A program made the position numbers and the translations under genes. Below the pieces are notes generated by a model. That model ran no database searches, was not told the origin of the DNA, and saw only the letters and a list, made by a program, of their open reading frames with translations. A stretch of DNA of 64,000 bases, taken from assembly GCF_013315695.1 (NCBI RefSeq), contig NZ_CP054353.1, one strand, 5' to 3'. The stretch comes from Escherichia coli. GTDB taxonomy: Bacteria > Pseudomonadota > Gammaproteobacteria > Enterobacterales > Enterobacteriaceae. This document shows positions 49,537-59,617 of the stretch, one piece after another; the stretch's first letter is position 1, and each line of letters begins with the position of its first letter.

Positions 49537-49551
49537 GTTGGAGTCATTACC

Positions 49552-50357
49552 TCGATTACGGACGTAATTATGGCGTAATGTACGACATCGAAGGCTGGAC
49601 CGATATGCTGCCTGAATTTGGCGGTGACTCTTATACCAATGCAGACAACTTTATGACTGGTCGTGCCAACGGCGTCGCGACTTATCGTAATACTGATTTC
49701 TTCGGTCTGGTAAATGGTCTGAACTTCGCAGTGCAGTATCAAGGTAACAACGAAGGTGCCAGTAATGGTCAGGAAGGCACCAACAACGGACGTGATGTTC
49801 GCCATGAAAACGGTGACGGCTGGGGTCTTTCCACAACATATGATTTAGGCATGGGCTTTAGCGCTGGTGCGGCATACACCTCATCTGACCGCACCAATGA
49901 CCAGGTTAACCATACTGCGGCAGGTGGTGATAAAGCAGACGCGTGGACTGCTGGGCTAAAATACGATGCTAACAATATTTACCTGGCAACCATGTATTCA
50001 GAAACACGTAACATGACCCCGTTTGGCGACAGCGATTATGCAGTTGCGAACAAAACCCAGAACTTTGAAGTTACTGCACAGTACCAGTTTGATTTTGGTC
50101 TGCGTCCGGCAGTCTCTTTCCTGATGTCTAAAGGCCGTGACCTTCACGCTGCCGGTGGTGCAGACAACCCGGCAGGTGTTGATGATAAAGATCTGGTTAA
50201 ATACGCCGATGTTGGCGCGACTTACTATTTCAACAAAAATATGTCCACCTACGTTGACTATAAAATCAACCTGTTGGATGAAGATGACAGCTTCTACGCT
50301 GCCAACGGCATCTCTACCGATGATATTGTCGCTTTAGGTCTGGTTTATCAGTTCTAA
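49552..50357 (+). pseudogene. ompN: 3' portion of outer membrane porin gene truncated by IS1; ompN by synteny
   Basis: Frame open from the IS1 junction (..[15 protein letters not shown]..) to a porin-type C terminus LGLVYQF; N-terminal ~110 codons and promoter missing. Confidence 0.75.
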
Positions 50358-50365
50358 ATCCTCCT

Positions 50366-50389
50366 GCCCGCTGTTATGGCGGGCTTTTT
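50366..50389 (+). terminator. Rho-independent terminator after ompN remnant
   Basis: GCCCGC TGTTATG GCGGGC TTTTT. Confidence 0.65.
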
Positions 50390-50416
50390 CTGCTTATTCT
50401 TCCTCCTTTGATCTAA

Positions 50417-50932
<516 letters not shown>

Positions 50933-50939
50933 CACTAAC

Positions 50940-50964
50940 GCCCGCACATTGCTGCGGGCTTTTT
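50940..50964 (+). terminator. Rho-independent terminator after uspF
   Basis: GCCCGCA CATTGC TGCGGGC TTTTT. Confidence 0.65.
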
Positions 50965-51421
50965 GATTCATTTCGCAAATGTGCTGACATTTTCCCCTCT
51001 AATCCGTACCATACACGCCACAGTTTTTATATCAGATTTCTTATGCTGGGCGTTCCGGCATGACGCATACTCTTCTGATGCCATATAACGAATTGAGTCG
51101 CTTTTAAATGTCGCAAAATCAAGAAATTAGTAAGAAAGAACAATACAACCTGAACAAGTAAGGGCAAAAATCACAACTCTCTGACTCATAAGTATTTTAC
51201 TTATTTTTCAATGTGTTAAATATCATCAGCGACAACAATAAGCTACGATAACCCACTCTTTTTTTGCCCCTTTTTTGCCCCTTTTGCAGCGCTTTGCCCC
51301 ATTTTTGCCATCAACAATTTTCCTCATCAAGTCATTTCAAAGCCTAATAGGTGCCCTACTTTTTTCCTCAGTACCACGTCGCCAGCAGGAAACAACCTAA
51401 TCCCGGTTCGGATCTAAAATT

Positions 51422-51440
51422 GCTAATGATAATCATTTTC
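51422..51440 (+). promoter_or_regulatory. Fur box upstream of sitA
   Basis: GCTAATGATAATCATTTTC versus consensus GATAATGATAATCATTATC. Confidence 0.75.
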
Positions 51441-51462
51441 ATTTTGTATTGCTTATGCTATA

Positions 51463-51484
51463 AAACATAGCCGTTGCTATGTTT
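51463..51484 (+). promoter_or_regulatory. MntR operator upstream of sitA
   Basis: Perfect palindrome AAACATAGC CGTT GCTATGTTT, matching the MntR box form. Confidence 0.7.
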
Positions 51485-51516
51485 GTTCTAATTTTGCTCA
51501 CTATAGGTACTAAATT

Positions 51517-52431
51517 ATGTACTCAATAAAAAAAGTAACCATGCTCTTGGGGTGCCTCGCCCTCACCTGCTCGATCGCATTTCAGGCGAGTGCAACTGAA
51601 AAATTCAAGGTCATTACAACATTTACCATCATCGCAGATATGGCCAAAAACGTGGCTGGAGATGCTGCAGAAGTCTCATCCATAACCAAGCCCGGTGCAG
51701 AAATTCATGAGTATCAGCCTACCCCTGGCGATATTAAACGTGCGCAGGAGGCACAACTGATTCTCGCCAATGGTATGAATCTGGAATTGTGGTTCCAACG
51801 CTTTTACCAGCATCTTAATGGGGTTCCAGAAGTAATTGTCTCTTCGGGTGTGACGCCAGTAGGGATCACTGAAGGCCCCTATGAGGGCAAACCTAACCCC
51901 CATGCCTGGATGTCGCCAGATAATGCTCTGATTTACGTCGATAATATTCGTGATGCGTTGATAAAATACGATCCGGCAAATGCACAAACCTACCAACGTA
52001 ATGCCGATACTTATAAAGCCAAGATTACCCAAACCCTTGCCCCCCTGCGTAAGCAGATTGCTGAACTCCCTGAGAATCAGCGATGGATGGTCACCAGTGA
52101 AGGGGCTTTTTCTTATCTCGCACGCGATTTGGGGCTAAAAGAGCTTTATCTGTGGCCGATTAATGCCGATCAACAAGGCACGCCGCAGCAGGTACGTAAG
52201 GTTGTTGATATGGTGAAGAAAAATCATATCCCGGCAGTCTTTAGCGAGAGTACGATTTCCGATAAACCAGCGCGTCAGGTTGCGCGTGAAACCGGCGCGC
52301 ACTACGGCGGTGTACTCTATGTCGATTCCCTGAGCACAGAAAACGGCCCGGTACCTACGTATATCGACCTTCTGAAGGTTACTACCAGTACGCTGGTACA
52401 GGGAATTAAAGCCGGGAAAAGGGAGAAATAA
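51517..52431 (+). CDS. sitA: Periplasmic Mn/Fe-binding protein of Sit ABC transporter (304 aa)
   Basis: Signal peptide plus metal-binding lipoprotein-9-like sequence; first gene of a four-gene transporter operon. Confidence 0.85.
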   Translation: MYSIKKVTMLLGCLALTCSIAFQASATEKFKVITTFTIIADMAKNVAGDAAEVSSITKPGAEIHEYQPTPGDIKRAQEAQLILANGMNLELWFQRFYQHLNGVPEVIVSSGVTPVGITEGPYEGKPNPHAWMSPDNALIYVDNIRDALIKYDPANAQTYQRNADTYKAKITQTLAPLRKQIAELPENQRWMVTSEGAFSYLARDLGLKELYLWPINADQQGTPQQVRKVVDMVKKNHIPAVFSESTISDKPARQVARETGAHYGGVLYVDSLSTENGPVPTYIDLLKVTTSTLVQGIKAGKREK

Positions 52432-53258
52432 TGATGCAATCTGCGGGCATTGTCGTTAATGATGTTACTGTCACCTGGCGTAACGGGCACACAGCACTGC
52501 GCGATGCATCCTTCACAGTACCAAGTGGATCTATTGCCGCTCTGGTTGGGGTAAACGGTTCCGGAAAATCGACGTTGTTTAAAGCGATTATGGGATTTGT
52601 GCGTCTGACCAGCGGAAAGATATCTGTTCTGGGTATTCCCACGCGACAGGCGCTACAGAAAAACCTGGTTGCCTACGTCCCTCAGTCAGAAGAGGTTGAC
52701 TGGTCATTTCCTGTACTAGTGGAAGATGTGGTGATGATGGGCCGCTATGGGCACATGGGTATGTTGCGTATAGCCAAAAAGAGGGATCGTCAGATTGTCA
52801 CCGATGCGCTGGAACGTGTCGATATGGTGGATTTTCGCCATCGACAAATCGGCGAGCTTTCCGGTGGACAAAAGAAACGCGTCTTTCTGGCGAGAGCGAT
52901 TGCACAGCAGGGTGATGTGATCCTGCTGGATGAACCTTTTACCGGCGTTGATGTGAAAACCGAAGCGAAAATCATCAGCCTGTTGAGGGAGTTACGCGCG
53001 GAAGGCAAGACGATGCTTGTCTCAACGCACAATCTCGGCTCAGTCACGACATTTTGCGATTATACGGTCATGGTCAAAGGCACCGTCCTGGCAAGCGGGC
53101 CGACAGACACCACTTTTACAGCCGAGAACCTGGAGCTGGCTTTTAGCGGCGTACTGCGCCATGTCACACTTAACGCCTCGGAAGAAAGCATTATTACTGA
53201 CGATGAACACCCTTTTGTGGCACATCGACCGTCAGCGGTGCAGAGGGAAGCAAGATGA
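52431..53258 (+). CDS. sitB: Sit transporter ATP-binding protein (275 aa)
   Basis: Walker [10 protein letters not shown], signature LSGGQKKR, Walker B ILLDEP. Confidence 0.85.
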   Translation: MMQSAGIVVNDVTVTWRNGHTALRDASFTVPSGSIAALVGVNGSGKSTLFKAIMGFVRLTSGKISVLGIPTRQALQKNLVAYVPQSEEVDWSFPVLVEDVVMMGRYGHMGMLRIAKKRDRQIVTDALERVDMVDFRHRQIGELSGGQKKRVFLARAIAQQGDVILLDEPFTGVDVKTEAKIISLLRELRAEGKTMLVSTHNLGSVTTFCDYTVMVKGTVLASGPTDTTFTAENLELAFSGVLRHVTLNASEESIITDDEHPFVAHRPSAVQREAR

Positions 53259-54112
53259 ACGTGCTACTGGAACCCTTCAGCTATGAATATATGCTCAATG
53301 CGATGTGGGTCTCGGCGATGGTCGGCGGTCTCTGCGCTTTCCTGTCATGCTATCTGATGCTAAAAGGCTGGTCGCTGATTGGCGATGCGCTGTCGCACTC
53401 TATTGTCCCGGGTGTTGCGGGGGCATATATGCTGGGGCTTCCGTTTTCTCTGGGAGCCTTCTTTTCCGGCGGACTGGCAGCGGGCAGCATGCTGTTTCTT
53501 AACCAACGCACTCGCTTAAAAGAAGATGCCATCATCGGCCTGATCTTCTCCTCCTTTTTTGGCCTGGGGCTGTTTATGGTGTCATTGAACCCGACATCCG
53601 TGAACATTCAGACCATCGTCCTAGGCAATATTCTGGCAATCGATCCGGCGGATATCCTGCAACTCACTATCATTGGCATTCTCTCGATCATCGTGCTTTT
53701 TTTCAAATGGAAAGATCTTATGGTGACCTTTTTCGACGAGAATCACGCCCGTGCTATTGGATTGCATCCGGGCAGATTAAAAATCCTCTTCTTCACCCTG
53801 CTGTCGGTTTCGACCGTTGCGGCGCTGCAAACGGTTGGTGCCTTTCTGGTGATCTGTCTGGTGGTGACTCCCGGTGCAACAGCATGGTTGTTAACCGATC
53901 GTTTTCCCCGCCTGCTCATAATTGCTGTAACTATTGGCAGTGTAACCAGTTTCCTCGGCGCGTGGGTCAGTTACTTTCTGGACGGCGCGACAGGTGGAAT
54001 CATCGTGGTGGCGCAGACACTGCTGTTTCTTTTAGCATTTGTATTTGCGCCCACCCATGGGCTTTTGGCAAATCGTCGGCGTGCGCATAAAGCGCTGGAG
54101 GATCGCTCATGA
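53255..54112 (+). CDS. sitC: Sit transporter permease (285 aa)
   Basis: Multi-pass membrane ORF overlapping sitB end. Confidence 0.85.
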   Translation: MNVLLEPFSYEYMLNAMWVSAMVGGLCAFLSCYLMLKGWSLIGDALSHSIVPGVAGAYMLGLPFSLGAFFSGGLAAGSMLFLNQRTRLKEDAIIGLIFSSFFGLGLFMVSLNPTSVNIQTIVLGNILAIDPADILQLTIIGILSIIVLFFKWKDLMVTFFDENHARAIGLHPGRLKILFFTLLSVSTVAALQTVGAFLVICLVVTPGATAWLLTDRFPRLLIIAVTIGSVTSFLGAWVSYFLDGATGGIIVVAQTLLFLLAFVFAPTHGLLANRRRAHKALEDRS

Positions 54113-54966
54113 TGGCATTATTACTGGAGCCACTGCAGTTCACCTTTATGAGTCACGCACTGCTGATTTCACTGGTAGTTTCCATACCCTGTGCGCTGCT
54201 GTCGGTCTTTCTGGTCCTGAAAGGTTGGGCACTGATGGGTGACGCGATGAGTCATGCGGTTTTTCCTGGCATCGTGCTTGCCTGGATTCTGGGGTTACCT
54301 CTGGCTACAGGGGCATTTATCGCCGGAGTATTCTGCGCGGTGGCGACGGGATACCTGAAAGACAACAGCCGAATCAAGCAAGATACAGTGATGGGGATTG
54401 TTTTTTCTGGCATGTTTGCCGCAGGTCTGATCTTGTATATTGCAGTCAAACCAGACATACATCTTGACCATATTCTTTTCGGCGACATGCTCGGGGTAAC
54501 CATCGGCGATATAATCCAGACGATGATTATTGCCGGGCTGGTTACACTTGTTATTAGCGTAAAATGGCGGGATTTTTTGCTGTTCAGCTTTGATTATCAA
54601 CAGGCGCAGGTAAGCGGTTTGCATACGCGATGGCTGCATTATGGGCTGCTGTGCATGGTTTCCCTGACCATTGTGGCGACGCTGAAAGCAGTAGGTATCA
54701 TTCTCTCCATTTCTCTGCTCATTGCGCCTGGCGCCATTGCGGTACTCCTGACACAACGCTTTCATATTGCACTCCTACTGGCGACTGGCATATCGGTAAT
54801 AGTCTCAATGACTGGTGTTTGGCTGTCCTTTTTTATCGACAGCGCACCCGCTCCGACGATTGTCGTCTTATTCGCGGTTGTGTTCATCATGACGTTTACC
54901 GTTATCAGTTTCAACGCACGCACAAAGGGAAACGCTCATAGACAGGATCTGTTATCCCCCAATTAG
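54109..54966 (+). CDS. sitD: Sit transporter permease (285 aa)
   Basis: Multi-pass membrane ORF overlapping sitC end. Confidence 0.85.
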   Translation: MMALLLEPLQFTFMSHALLISLVVSIPCALLSVFLVLKGWALMGDAMSHAVFPGIVLAWILGLPLATGAFIAGVFCAVATGYLKDNSRIKQDTVMGIVFSGMFAAGLILYIAVKPDIHLDHILFGDMLGVTIGDIIQTMIIAGLVTLVISVKWRDFLLFSFDYQQAQVSGLHTRWLHYGLLCMVSLTIVATLKAVGIILSISLLIAPGAIAVLLTQRFHIALLLATGISVIVSMTGVWLSFFIDSAPAPTIVVLFAVVFIMTFTVISFNARTKGNAHRQDLLSPN

Positions 54967-55417
54967 CACAACATCCGAGGGCAGCATTGTCCGCTAGTAC
55001 ACTGCAGTCCAGAAAGTCATGGGCGGACGTTGGGAGGAGGCGCTAATCCTTTCATACAAAAAATATGTAAAATCAATAACGGCTGTAAATCATTCAATAC
55101 TCGCACTATCGGAAGTTCACCAGCCAGCCGCAGCACGTTCTTGCATACGACGTGTCTGCGGTTTCAACTTCACCAGTCCACCAATCACGATGGACAGTGC
55201 CAAGACAGCACTAGCAAAAACAGGAAATTAGCAGTCTCAGCAGAACACCGACCAGACGGTGAAGAAACAAAAAAGGATACGCAAAGGGGCCGCAGTTCCC
55301 GATTGATAAAAAAGCCAGCTTATGCGCTTTTTTTTCATGTATTATTAAGTATTGGTTAGCGTCTTTTTAATCAGAACTTTAAAGACAAGCCATTTGTAAG
55401 AAAACCGACAGATTCGG

Positions 55418-56233
55418 TTGACAAGCAGGAGTAATACTTTGGACATAAGAAAAGATTTGGAATCAGTAGCCCAATATATAAGTAGACTGTTATCGATAGG
55501 GTACGAATTTAGCCGTTTTGATAAAGACTGGGTCCATTTAAAAAATGAAGAGGATTTTCGTTTTATTTCAAGAATACCATTTGCAACACGGAATAAAGTG
55601 GAAGCAGTATATGCGGAAGGCAGAGATATGGCACTTTATATGTCTGATGAGTTACTATCCATTAATAGTGATTTCAGTAAATTTCCAACGTTGACAGCTA
55701 TTATCGAAAGATTCAAGGACACTTGGGTTTATGGTAATTATGATTCGGAAGTGCCAAATATAGCTAAAAAAACATGCGAAGAAAATGCAGTTCAGCTTTG
55801 GTCTGTAGAACAGATGTGTTCCTTATTCAAAAAGCAAGAACAACTATTAGCAGCAGTACGTATCACATTGCAGATGCTACAAGATAGTGACCTATACAAG
55901 ATGGAGAATGGTTTACCTCTTATGAAACAAGAAGCTAATATTCATGTCAGTGGAATTTCCGGTTCTAGTATCAATATACATTCTTCAGGTGCTACGGCAA
56001 CTACTACGACAAATTATAATGAGCCCACAATATTTAATGAAATGATTGAGGCAATAAAATCGAAAAACTTTGATGGCGCGACAGAATCACACCTTATAGA
56101 TAATGTACAGGCACTGGCAGCCAGTCACCAAAGCGGCTGTTTTAAAGAAGCATATAAGGACTTTATTAATAATGTATCTGCACACATTACAGTATTTACT
56201 CCATTTCTTGCTGGCATATCATCTTTACTATAA
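55418..56233 (+). CDS. Hypothetical protein, AT-rich orphan ORF (271 codons from TTG; a TTG at 55439 has better Shine-Dalgarno spacing)
   Basis: Long open frame in a visibly low-GC segment; AGGAG at 55427..55431; no family recognised; Ser/Thr-rich linker SGISGSSINIHSSGATATTTTN. Confidence 0.55.
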   Translation: MTSRSNTLDIRKDLESVAQYISRLLSIGYEFSRFDKDWVHLKNEEDFRFISRIPFATRNKVEAVYAEGRDMALYMSDELLSINSDFSKFPTLTAIIERFKDTWVYGNYDSEVPNIAKKTCEENAVQLWSVEQMCSLFKKQEQLLAAVRITLQMLQDSDLYKMENGLPLMKQEANIHVSGISGSSINIHSSGATATTTTNYNEPTIFNEMIEAIKSKNFDGATESHLIDNVQALAASHQSGCFKEAYKDFINNVSAHITVFTPFLAGISSLL

Positions 56234-56778
56234 AATAAGTGACAGATACATTAATACATAACGAAAAATCTTTTTAGCTACTCATTCATATCAATAGTGC
56301 CCTACCATAGGGCACATTATTCGTGGAACTCGTTTATGACAAAAGAATTTTGATGGTCTGCCTGATGCAACAGATATAATTCTGGGAGTGTTGAGTAAGA
56401 GTATTCACCGGCGCTCAACACAAATGCCAGCAAGCACGAGAAAGAGCAGGTAAGCCTGAGTGTTCAGGAAATGTTTGAAAAGGCTAATATGTGGCTGGTT
56501 TCAGATTAAACGCCTTGAACCGTCATATTACTTAAGTACAATCCGCCTAGACTAGCAATCATTCAATAGTAGCACTATCGAGCGCTCGCCAGTCGAGCGC
56601 AATCATGCTCCTTGCATACGGCGTGCAGCATATCACAAAACGATTACGCCATGACGGACTGCAGGCTACTCAATATCTGGCTCGATTAGCGTATTGGCAT
56701 GATTTAACAGACCCCGGCGCTTATTCCCAGCAACCTGAAGCGGCACCTCTTCCTGTGTTGCGTTTACAACTCCCTTTT

Positions 56779-57087
56779 TCACCCACGATTAACCAACAGC
56801 CAGACCAGCAGACAAGCCACCACCGGCACAGAAAAATCCATCAGGCTTGCCACATCCCACACGCGCGGATCAAAACCACCCCACCACGGCATATTCATAC
56901 GCTTGCCATGCCCGAACATTTCAATCCAGCGATATTCTGCCTGGGTATGTTCACGAGCAATGAAGAACGTACAACCGGCTATCGCCCCGTAAGCCCAGTT
57001 TCCGGTAAAAAGACCAACCAGTACCTGCGCAGCCACAGCACAAAGTGCATGAAGGAAAGGTGTTATATCCATTTTCATCCTACCCAA
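56779..57087 (-). CDS. Hypothetical small membrane protein (102 aa; may start at MKMDITPF, 57075)
   Basis: Two hydrophobic segments (AVAAQVLVGLF..., VPVVACLLVWLLV); overlapping plus-strand 161-aa ORF is low-complexity. Confidence 0.5.
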   Translation of the reverse strand: MGRMKMDITPFLHALCAVAAQVLVGLFTGNWAYGAIAGCTFFIAREHTQAEYRWIEMFGHGKRMNMPWWGGFDPRVWDVASLMDFSVPVVACLLVWLLVNRG

Positions 57088-57148
57088 TAAAACGAGGCGC
57101 TCGGCCCCTTAATATTATTTAGACGCAAGCGTCGGTAATGACTCCAAC

Positions 57149-57652
57149 TTATTGATAGTGTTTTATGTTCAGATAATGCCCGATGACTTTGTCATGCAGC
57201 TCCACCGATTTTGAGAACGACAGCGACTTCCGTCCCAGCCGTGCCAGGTGCTGCCTCAGATTCAGGTTATGCCGCTCAATTCGCTGCGTATATCGCTTGC
57301 TGATTACGTGCAGCTTTCCCTTCAGGCGGGATTCATACAGCGGCCAGCCATCCGTCATCCATATCACCACGTCAAAGGGTGACAGCAGGCTCATAAGACG
57401 CCCCAGCGTCGCCATAGTGCGTTCACCGAATACGTGCGCAACAACCGTCTTCCGGAGCCTGTCATACGCGTAAAACAGCCAGCGCTGGCGCGATTTAGCC
57501 CCGACATAGCCCCACTGTTCGTCCATTTCCGCGCAGACGATGACGTCACTGCCCGGCTGTATGCGCGAGGTTACCGACTGCGGCCTGAGTTTTTTAAGTG
57601 ACGTAAAATCGTGTTGAGGCCAACGCCCATAATGCGGGCTGTTGCCCGGCAT
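57149..57652 (-). CDS. insB: IS1 InsB reading frame
   Basis: Translation identical to copy 1 InsB. Confidence 0.9.
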
Positions 57653-57846
57653 CCAACGCCATTCATGGCCATATCAATGATTTTCTGGTGCGTACCGGGT
57701 TGAGAAGCGGTGTAAGTGAACTGCAGTTGCCATGTTTTACGGCAGTGAGAGCAGAGATAGCGCTGATGTCCGGCGGTGCTTTTGCCGTTACGCACCACCC
57801 CGTCAGTAGCTGAACAGGAGGGACAGCTGATAGAAACAGAAGCCAC
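57571..57846 (-). CDS. insA: IS1 InsA
   Basis: Translation identical to copy 1 InsA. Confidence 0.9.
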
Positions 57847-57925
57847 TGGAGCACCTCAAAAACACCATCATACACTAAATCAGTAAGTTGGCAGCATCAC
57901 CCCCGGCGTTAAGGGGAGAGATAAG

Positions 57926-58060
57926 ATGGTGCATTACGAAGTAGTTCAGTATTTGATGGATTGTTGCGGTATCACTTACAACCAGGCTGTGCAGGCTTTA
58001 CGCAGCAACGCCTGGGATCTCTGGCAGGCAGAAGTCGCTATACGTAGCAACAAGATGTGA
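57926..58060 (+). CDS. ydaG: Rac prophage small protein, YdaG-like (44 aa)
   Basis: Hand-translated MVHYEVVQYLMDCCGITYNQAVQALRSNAWDLWQAEVAIRSNKM; name assigned from length and position. Confidence 0.5.
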   Translation: MVHYEVVQYLMDCCGITYNQAVQALRSNAWDLWQAEVAIRSNKM

Positions 58061-58070
58061 GATTCGCAAA

Positions 58071-58226
58071 ATGCAAAAAATCGACCTCGGCAACAACGAA
58101 TCCCTGGTGTGCGGCGTGTTCCCCAACCAGGATGGAACGTTCACTGCCATGACGTATACCAAAAGCAAAACATTTAAAACCGAAACTGGTGCGCGCCGAT
58201 GGTTGGAGAAGCACACAGTAAGCTAA
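58071..58226 (+). CDS. ydaF: Rac prophage small protein, YdaF-like (51 aa)
   Basis: Hand-translated MQKIDLGNNESLVCGVFPNQDGTFTAMTYTKSKTFKTETGARRWLEKHTVS. Confidence 0.5.
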   Translation: MQKIDLGNNESLVCGVFPNQDGTFTAMTYTKSKTFKTETGARRWLEKHTVS

Positions 58227-58711
58227 CGATTAAAACGTCTACTCCTGCTGTTCCAGAATAACTTCATAAAATGGGAGTATTTTTCGGTGACGAGATAATA
58301 AGAACAGTTTGCGCTATCACTCTGATGTTGAATGATGCCCTTCCGTTCTAATTTTTTCATAACCGGGTTACGGCAAGGAGAAGTGATAATAAGATTTCCT
58401 GTTTTAAGGAAATCTTTAAATACAGCGATTTCTTTCTCAGATAAACGAAGCAATACTCGTTGCTCTGGTAGTAATGAATAATGCTTTTGAATATGTGCTC
58501 GCAATCTTGAGAAGGAAATGGCGACCACGAAAGAAAAGGCAAAAACGATAATCTGAAAGAGCCAAGGTATTTCAGTATAAGCATTGAATGCGACAGTAAA
58601 CTCTTTCGGTATCAGCCAGAGAGTGAGACCAAAAATGATAATCGTATACATAAGTCTTTCGAGTGGCTCGTTAGCAAAAAGTTTCAATAATGGAGTAGAT
58701 ACATCCAACAT
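58223..58711 (-). CDS. sieB: Superinfection exclusion protein B, Rac prophage (162 aa)
   Basis: Start set at MLDVSTPLLKLFANEPLERLMYTIIIFGL within longer track ORF. Confidence 0.8.
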   Translation of the reverse strand: MLDVSTPLLKLFANEPLERLMYTIIIFGLTLWLIPKEFTVAFNAYTEIPWLFQIIVFAFSFVVAISFSRLRAHIQKHYSLLPEQRVLLRLSEKEIAVFKDFLKTGNLIITSPCRNPVMKKLERKGIIQHQSDSANCSYYLVTEKYSHFMKLFWNSRSRRFNR

Positions 58712-59151
58712 ATCAATAACTCTCAACTGTAAGGGTATTGAAATGTTAACACAAGCTCTCGCTGTAGGGGTATAGCCGAGACCACCGAAGCCCGGAGGTG
58801 GTGAAATAAAACCGGGCACAACACGAAGGCGCATTTCCGATATCCATAAAGAGTCGGTCTTGTCTGTTAAATTTAAATGGTGGGAGTGCGCCTCCGGTTG
58901 TAAATAACGACATTGCTGTGTGTAGTCCTGGCGGCATCAGTTTTTTCTTGAAGTTCGGCTGATGTCCGCCCTTTTTTAAGTGAATTTTGTGATGCGGTGA
59001 ATGCGGCTAAGCGCACGTGGCACAGTTAAAAGTCATGTTAGTCCTTATTGGTTTGGGTGGGAAAGCCGACTGTAATTGTTAACTGGTTGCAGTCACCTGG
59101 AGGCACCAGGCACCGCATCAACAAAGTTCATTTGTAAAAATGGAGATAATT

Positions 59152-59373
59152 ATGATTGCACATCACTTCGGAACTGATGAAATACCACGTCAGTGTGTGA
59201 CTCCTGGCGATTATGTTCTTCATGAAGGCCGGACATATATTGCCTCGGCAAACAATATTAAAAAGCGAAAACTATATATTCGTAACCTGACCACAAAAAC
59301 ATGCATTACTGACCGCATGATTAAAGTCTTCCTCGGTCGTGATGGTTTACCTGTAAAGGCGGAGTCATGGTGA
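59152..59373 (+). CDS. kilR: Cell-division inhibitor KilR, Rac prophage (73 aa)
   Basis: [38 protein letters not shown]... Confidence 0.8.
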   Translation: MIAHHFGTDEIPRQCVTPGDYVLHEGRTYIASANNIKKRKLYIRNLTTKTCITDRMIKVFLGRDGLPVKAESW

Positions 59374-59543
59374 TGACTAAGAAAATAAAATGTGCTTACC
59401 ACCTTTGCAAAAAAGACGTTGAAGAAAGCAAAGCTATTGAAAGAATGCTTCACTTCATGCACGGGATTTTATCAAAAGACGAACCGAGAAAATATTGCAG
59501 TGAATCTTGTGCCGAAAAAGACCAGATGGCACATGAACTTTAA
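59373..59543 (+). CDS. ydaE: Rac prophage small zinc-finger-like protein YdaE (56 aa)
   Basis: Hand-translated [56 protein letters not shown]; start overlaps kilR stop. Confidence 0.6.
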   Translation: MTKKIKCAYHLCKKDVEESKAIERMLHFMHGILSKDEPRKYCSESCAEKDQMAHEL

Positions 59544-59617
59544 TTAATTGACTATTCGAAACTGAATTTATGCCAGAAATGGCAGGTATTCGCTCAACCT
59601 TAATTAAGGAGAAAAAC

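Larger units (their letters stand above)
48784..49551 (+). mobile_element. IS1: IS1 copy 3 (768 bp)
   Basis: Same ends and ORF translations; no target-site duplication. Confidence 0.95.
57134..57901 (-). mobile_element. IS1: IS1 copy 4 (768 bp), inverted orientation
   Basis: Reverse complement of the same ends and ORFs; no target-site duplication. Confidence 0.95.

Noticed and set aside
51258-51309. Possible CRISPR-like array from the TTTTTGCCCC repeats
   Set aside because: Repeat units are about 10 bp with no spacers of defined length and no cas genes nearby; this is a simple tandem tract, not CRISPR.
55120-55227. Minus-strand stop-to-stop frame encoding ...ASAVLALSIVIGGLVKLKPQTRRMQERAAAGW
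   Set aside because: No ATG start; it could be a decayed gene fragment or a very small membrane protein using an alternative start, but evidence is too thin to call a feature. It overlaps the upstream copy of the direct repeat.
56605-57090. Plus-strand 161-aa ORF overlapping the 102-aa minus-strand gene
   Set aside because: His/Pro/Gln-rich low-complexity translation; the minus-strand frame encodes a plausible two-helix membrane protein, so this is treated as an antisense shadow.
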